Both the position numbers and the translations under genes were made by a program. DNA of 50,113 nucleotides from Nitrosopumilales archaeon (GTDB lineage Archaea; Thermoproteota; Nitrososphaeria; Nitrososphaerales; Nitrososphaeraceae): positions 1-50,113 of the forward strand of contig JBIQJB010000015.1 in the NCBI GenBank assembly GCA_044507735.1, read 5' to 3'. Under the pieces are notes generated by a model. That model did no database searches. It saw only the letters and a program-made list of their open reading frames with translations, and had not been told where the DNA came from. Shown here piece after piece: positions 46,090-50,113 of the stretch (positions are counted from its first letter, which is position 1; each line of letters opens with the position of its first letter).

Positions 46090-47826
46090 TTACTTCAAAG
46101 CCTTTAGCAATTTGTCTACTGGAAGAGTATTGAGTATATCCTGTTCTGTAGCCCAGCCGCGCCTTGCCTGCCCGATCCCAAACACGAGATATGCGTAATG
46201 GACTGGATGGTGGGCGTCAGAATCAATGACCATCTTCACTCCCTTTTTTACGGCCGTCCTAACATACTCGTCCTTCAGGTCTAGCCTGTCATAGTGGGCA
46301 TCGATCTCCAAGATGGTGCCAGTTTCTTTTGCAGTTTCGACCACCTTTTCAATGTCGACTGGGTAGCCGGGTCTCTTGTTTATGAGCCTGCCGGTTGGGT
46401 GAAACAGGATGTCAACGCTTGGATTCTCTGCCGCCCTTATCAGCCGCTCAGTCTGGACCTCTATTGGTAGATTAAAGTTGGAATGGATGGCTGCGCCCAC
46501 AATGTCGAGCTTATCAAGTACATTGTTGGCGATGTCAAGCGATCCGTCTTTCATGATGTTGACCTCGGCAGACGCAAGCACCCTAAAGCCCTCAAGTCTG
46601 TCGTTGAGTTCAGCTATCTTGTTTGCCTGATCGAGGAGCTCCTCCTCGTCAAGGCCACCTGCAAGCGCCAAACTTTTTGTATGGTCTGTGAGCGCGATAT
46701 AGTCGAGTCCAAACGCCCTTGCACCCCGAGCCATCTCTTCTATTGTGGCAGTTCCATCGCTGTTTTCGCTGTGCACTTGCAGATCTCCCTTTAGGCTGCC
46801 ATACTTGACAAGCTCTGGAATCCTGTTCTGTCGCGCAAGCTCTATCTCGCCAGTATTCTCCCGCATCTCTGGAGGAATCCACTGCAACCCGAGTGCTGCA
46901 TAAACCTCTTCCTCGGTTTTCCCAGCGACCCTTTGTTCACCCCGGTAGACGCCCCACTCATTCAGCCGCAGCCCCTTCGTAATTGCTATCTTGCGGAGTT
47001 CTACAGAGTGTTCCTTGCTGCCGGTGAAATATTGGAGGGCCGCACCCCAGCTCACTTCCGGCACGACTAAAAGGTCGGCGTCTATTCCGCCTTCCAACCT
47101 TACAAACGCCTTTGCTGGCCCCCTTCCGATAACCTCTGAAACAATAGGCATCCTGACAAAAAAGTCCATCACTGGTTCCGGGTCGTTTGCAACCACAAGA
47201 TAGTCTATGTCTCCTATTGTCTCCTTCATGCGCCTGACAGAGCCGGCAGCAATAGCATGTTTTACGCCGTCCACCTCAGACAGGACTTTCTCTATCTCCT
47301 TTATCAGCGGCCAGACCTCGCCCAAGATGCGCCGGCCTTTGCCCTTCTTAGCAAACTCGATCCTCTTCAAGATGCCTTGTACCTTCTTTTTGGAAAGGTT
47401 AGGCACCTCGCGCAGCCTGTCTTCAGCAGCCGCCTTTTCTAACTCGGCCAGATCTTTGACTTTCAGGCTGTCGTAGATCGCCTTGATCGTCTTTGGCCCC
47501 AGACCTTCTATGCTTGAAAATTCCTCGACGTTTATCGGGATGTTTGCCCTCATCTCTTCTAAAGCGTGTACTTTGCCAGTCTTGATCATCTCCTCGATCT
47601 TTGCTGCGATGGCCTTACCGACCGATGGGATTTCGAGCAGCCCCTTCAGGCCGCTGCGCCTGTAAATGTCAACGACATTTTCCTGCAGACCGGCTATCGT
47701 GTCTGCTGCACGATAATACGCCCGAGCGCGGAACTGAGAGTTTGCATCCTCCTCTCCCACCTCTGTGAGAAAGCCAAGGTCGCGCATGACCTTGGCAATG
47801 TCTGAATTCTTCAAATAGTACACCAA
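46090..47826 (-). CDS. polX: DNA polymerase X with PHP domain
   Basis: FRARAY, HhH IPSVGKAIA and GLGPKT, AGSVRRMKETIGDIDYL, YFTGSKEH, PHP GDLQVHS..TDH..DSDAH. Confidence 0.95.
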   Translation of the reverse strand: MVYYLKNSDIAKVMRDLGFLTEVGEEDANSQFRARAYYRAADTIAGLQENVVDIYRRSGLKGLLEIPSVGKAIAAKIEEMIKTGKVHALEEMRANIPINVEEFSSIEGLGPKTIKAIYDSLKVKDLAELEKAAAEDRLREVPNLSKKKVQGILKRIEFAKKGKGRRILGEVWPLIKEIEKVLSEVDGVKHAIAAGSVRRMKETIGDIDYLVVANDPEPVMDFFVRMPIVSEVIGRGPAKAFVRLEGGIDADLLVVPEVSWGAALQYFTGSKEHSVELRKIAITKGLRLNEWGVYRGEQRVAGKTEEEVYAALGLQWIPPEMRENTGEIELARQNRIPELVKYGSLKGDLQVHSENSDGTATIEEMARGARAFGLDYIALTDHTKSLALAGGLDEEELLDQANKIAELNDRLEGFRVLASAEVNIMKDGSLDIANNVLDKLDIVGAAIHSNFNLPIEVQTERLIRAAENPSVDILFHPTGRLINKRPGYPVDIEKVVETAKETGTILEIDAHYDRLDLKDEYVRTAVKKGVKMVIDSDAHHPVHYAYLVFGIGQARRGWATEQDILNTLPVDKLLKALK

Positions 47827-48204
47827 GCTAGGCAGTCGCAGCTTCTTAACATTTATCTGTCTGATCGGCGCACCACGAGGTGCTGTTTACTGCGGAAACG
47901 GTGATGATGATCGCTTTCTAGCGCTGAGCTGTTTCCAACTTTTCATTAATTGACGTGACAAAAAACGACATGGAAATGGGCGGGGAAATGCCGGTTACTA
48001 TTGCCCATCCCACGCCGTGCCTTGTGTTGTTGTAGTGTAATGTCATGGCAGGAAGGCATTTTACCTTTGGTAAACCGCGTTTATGCGCGATCATAACCGC
48101 GTTAGAGTGATACAAAGCGCTGCTGATAATCTGTGCAGGCTGTGATAACTAGGTGCCTCTTTTGAGCAGCGTTAATCACTCGATCAGTAGCATATAACGC
48201 TGTA

Positions 48205-48333
48205 ATGGAAATGATTGAATCGGTCGCATGGGTCGTGCTTGGGTTCGCGCCCACACTGGCTGCGATGGAACTTGCTTGGAGGATAGCAGGCAGAAGGCGC
48301 CCTGCGCTGGCTGAGGTAGGCGTCCGCCGATGA
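48205..48333 (+). CDS. Small membrane peptide (42 aa)
   Basis: MEMIESVAWVVLGFAPTLAAMELAWRIAGRRRPALAEVGVRR; ATGA-coupled to the next ORF. Confidence 0.65.
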   Translation: MEMIESVAWVVLGFAPTLAAMELAWRIAGRRRPALAEVGVRR

Positions 48334-48455
48334 TGGACTACTACACGTTAGCCGGCATAGTTGCAGTCGCACTCGCTATCGGGCTGGTTGGCAGGACACT
48401 TGCAAAGGACGAAATGCAGCTGAGGCGTAAAAGGCTGCTGATCAAAGAACAATAA
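48330..48455 (+). CDS. Small single-TM peptide (41 aa)
   Basis: MMDYYTLAGIVAVALAIGLVGRTLAKDEMQLRRKRLLIKEQ; starts within the previous stop codon. Confidence 0.6.
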   Translation: MMDYYTLAGIVAVALAIGLVGRTLAKDEMQLRRKRLLIKEQ

Positions 48456-49147
48456 CTAGCGCTTTAGCGCGTTGTTTGTCGAGTTAGCACTATAGTTGCG
48501 TCTTTGTTGTTGTCGTTACCACCACTATCGCCAAGCCTATCAAGCGGCCTGTCTCTACTGCCATGGCCATTTCAAGTCCTTGGCAAATGATGTACATTGC
48601 TTTTTTCGGAAAAACATTTTCCAGGTCGGTGAACTCGGCTATTCCTACTGCCGAACGGCAGATCAAAATGTTGTCGTTTTGAATGGTACCAGGACCCTGC
48701 TTCGTTTCTGAATTCACGTATTAACGCGAATTCTTGCGCCTGTCGAATAACTGCTCGAGGGAAGCTGGGCGAGGAGAGGTAGTTGAAAGGGCAAGTTTGA
48801 ATCTATCCAAAATCTTTCAGCCTCTAAAGATGTGTTCCCGGCGCGTTTCTTGCAGCGCGTGTGTATATGTGCATGTGTATGCACGATGGACATCATACAG
48901 CTTTGAAAGAGTCCTTATCCTGTCACCAGTAAATTTTAGCTCTACTGTAAAGGCTGCGGTTTTGTCAGATCATGGTAATAATAACCTCAAATAGCCGGCT
49001 CGACATATGCAATATAGTGGAGGAGAAGGAGAAAATAAAGCACTGCCCTATATGCGGGTGCACAGAACACAGGATGATAGGCTGTGGAAAGCATTGGGCA
49101 AAGCACAAGGTCGGCCCAGATGGGAGATGCGTCCATCGATAGTTAAG

Positions 49148-49687
49148 TTATTTCAACTCATACAGCGCAACAGAAAGCTTGAACGCCAGCCGATCATCCG
49201 TCGCTATCGCGATAGGTACGATATACTTTTCAGTTTCATCCTTGAATCTTATCTTTTTATCTAGAAACGCTTGGTTCTTCATTGACCGGGCAACATCAAG
49301 CCGCTCTGCGAGCTTGACGTACTTGACATCCTTGGTGGCCTTTGACAAAGCTGCAAACTGGTCGTTGGAACCAATAGCGGTGCAGTCGCGCACTGCAGCA
49401 TAGATGCGATCGCCATACTCTTTCAATTCTTCGTCTTTGATGCTGTCCGAAGCGTCATGCAGAAGTGCAGCGCACGCAAGCTCAACATCGTGCATCCGCA
49501 GCTCATCCACCAGTATGAGTGCGACCCTTAGCGGGTGATTGATATACTGCTCGCTCTTGTTGTAAAGCTGGCCCATGTGTATCTTGGTGGCAAGCCCAAA
49601 GGCCCGCGTAAGCTTGACTACATCGTCGGTGTTAGCGTCAAAGAATTTTAAAAGCCGGGCAAAGGTGGCTTTTGGAAAATCGCTCAT
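49148..49687 (-). CDS. HD-domain protein, RelA/SpoT hydrolase (Mesh1/SAH)-like, degenerate motifs
   Basis: Start moved to ATG 49687 (MSDF); H.GQ..YINHPLRVA, AALLHD, VKLAERLD, ETEKYIVPIA. Confidence 0.8.
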   Translation of the reverse strand: MSDFPKATFARLLKFFDANTDDVVKLTRAFGLATKIHMGQLYNKSEQYINHPLRVALILVDELRMHDVELACAALLHDASDSIKDEELKEYGDRIYAAVRDCTAIGSNDQFAALSKATKDVKYVKLAERLDVARSMKNQAFLDKKIRFKDETEKYIVPIAIATDDRLAFKLSVALYELK

Positions 49688-49804
49688 GTGCAGACATACG
49701 TTGGATAGAACCCCTATAATGGGATTCGCATAAAAAAGAAGATAATGAGGCGATCCTACTGCCTCTGCCTCATACACCCCTGAGCTTTTACATGTCAGAG
49801 ACAG

Positions 49805-49970
49805 GTTGGAATCTCGCGATCCTCCGGGGGCGCTGGCCGGATTTACAATGACCACAAGGGGCAGTCATGTGGATTGTTCCTTGTCTTTATGATCGTGGCC
49901 CGTGTGTTTCCTCCAAGACATGTATGGAGCGGGATCATGATTCCGGCTGATGCCGCGGCTTATGCCTCTT
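49805..49970 (-). pseudogene. Spherulation-specific family 4 (GH135-like) protein remnant
   Basis: EA*AAASAGIMIPLHTCLGG..IIKTRNNP, then a frameshift, then LPLVVIVNPASAPGGSRDSN; resembles the IPLY..IINP.SGPG N-terminus of the family. Confidence 0.6.
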
Positions 49971-50113
49971 AGAAGGTGGTTCCAGCCGCTATGGAACAGT
50001 AGTAGTAGTAGTGCAAGCGCGGCTGCCGCTAAGTTCACAGGGCATTATTCCACCATTTTGGACGGGATGGAGAATGAAAAATACTAAATACTAAACAAGG
50101 GTGTCAGTCAAAA

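Noticed and set aside
48490-49147. Several 60-86 aa ORFs on both strands
   Set aside because: Mutually overlapping, no motifs; none can be supported.

Overview
Archaeal chromosomal window. The housekeeping content (NAC, aMBF1-HflX-aTrm56, Gins51, AbrB-PhoU, parvulin, GlnA, CCA-less tRNA-Gly) and lineage-typical hypothetical proteins point to an ammonia-oxidising archaeon of the Nitrososphaera type (inference). The left ~17 kb is one minus-strand gene array encoding an extracellular contractile injection system (eCIS, Afp/PVC-like, DUF6519 type). In transcription order: ParB-like protein, PAAR-like tip, gp25, two baseplate-J proteins, baseplate/tail protein, DUF6519 fibre, small hypothetical, sheath, tube, baseplate hub chaperone and a repeat protein that runs off the window edge. 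Unusual features are five copies of an ~85-aa domain inserted into three structural proteins, a host-like surface-protein domain at the fibre C-terminus, a permuted gene order, and a ParB gene flanked by palindromes at the head of the array. The remaining ~33 kb is mostly core or lineage-typical genes, plus unannotated small ORFs, a PRC-barrel/membrane gene with no canonical start, a degenerate RelA/SpoT-type HD protein and a spherulin-4 pseudogene. All family calls come from motif recognition by eye; no searches were run.
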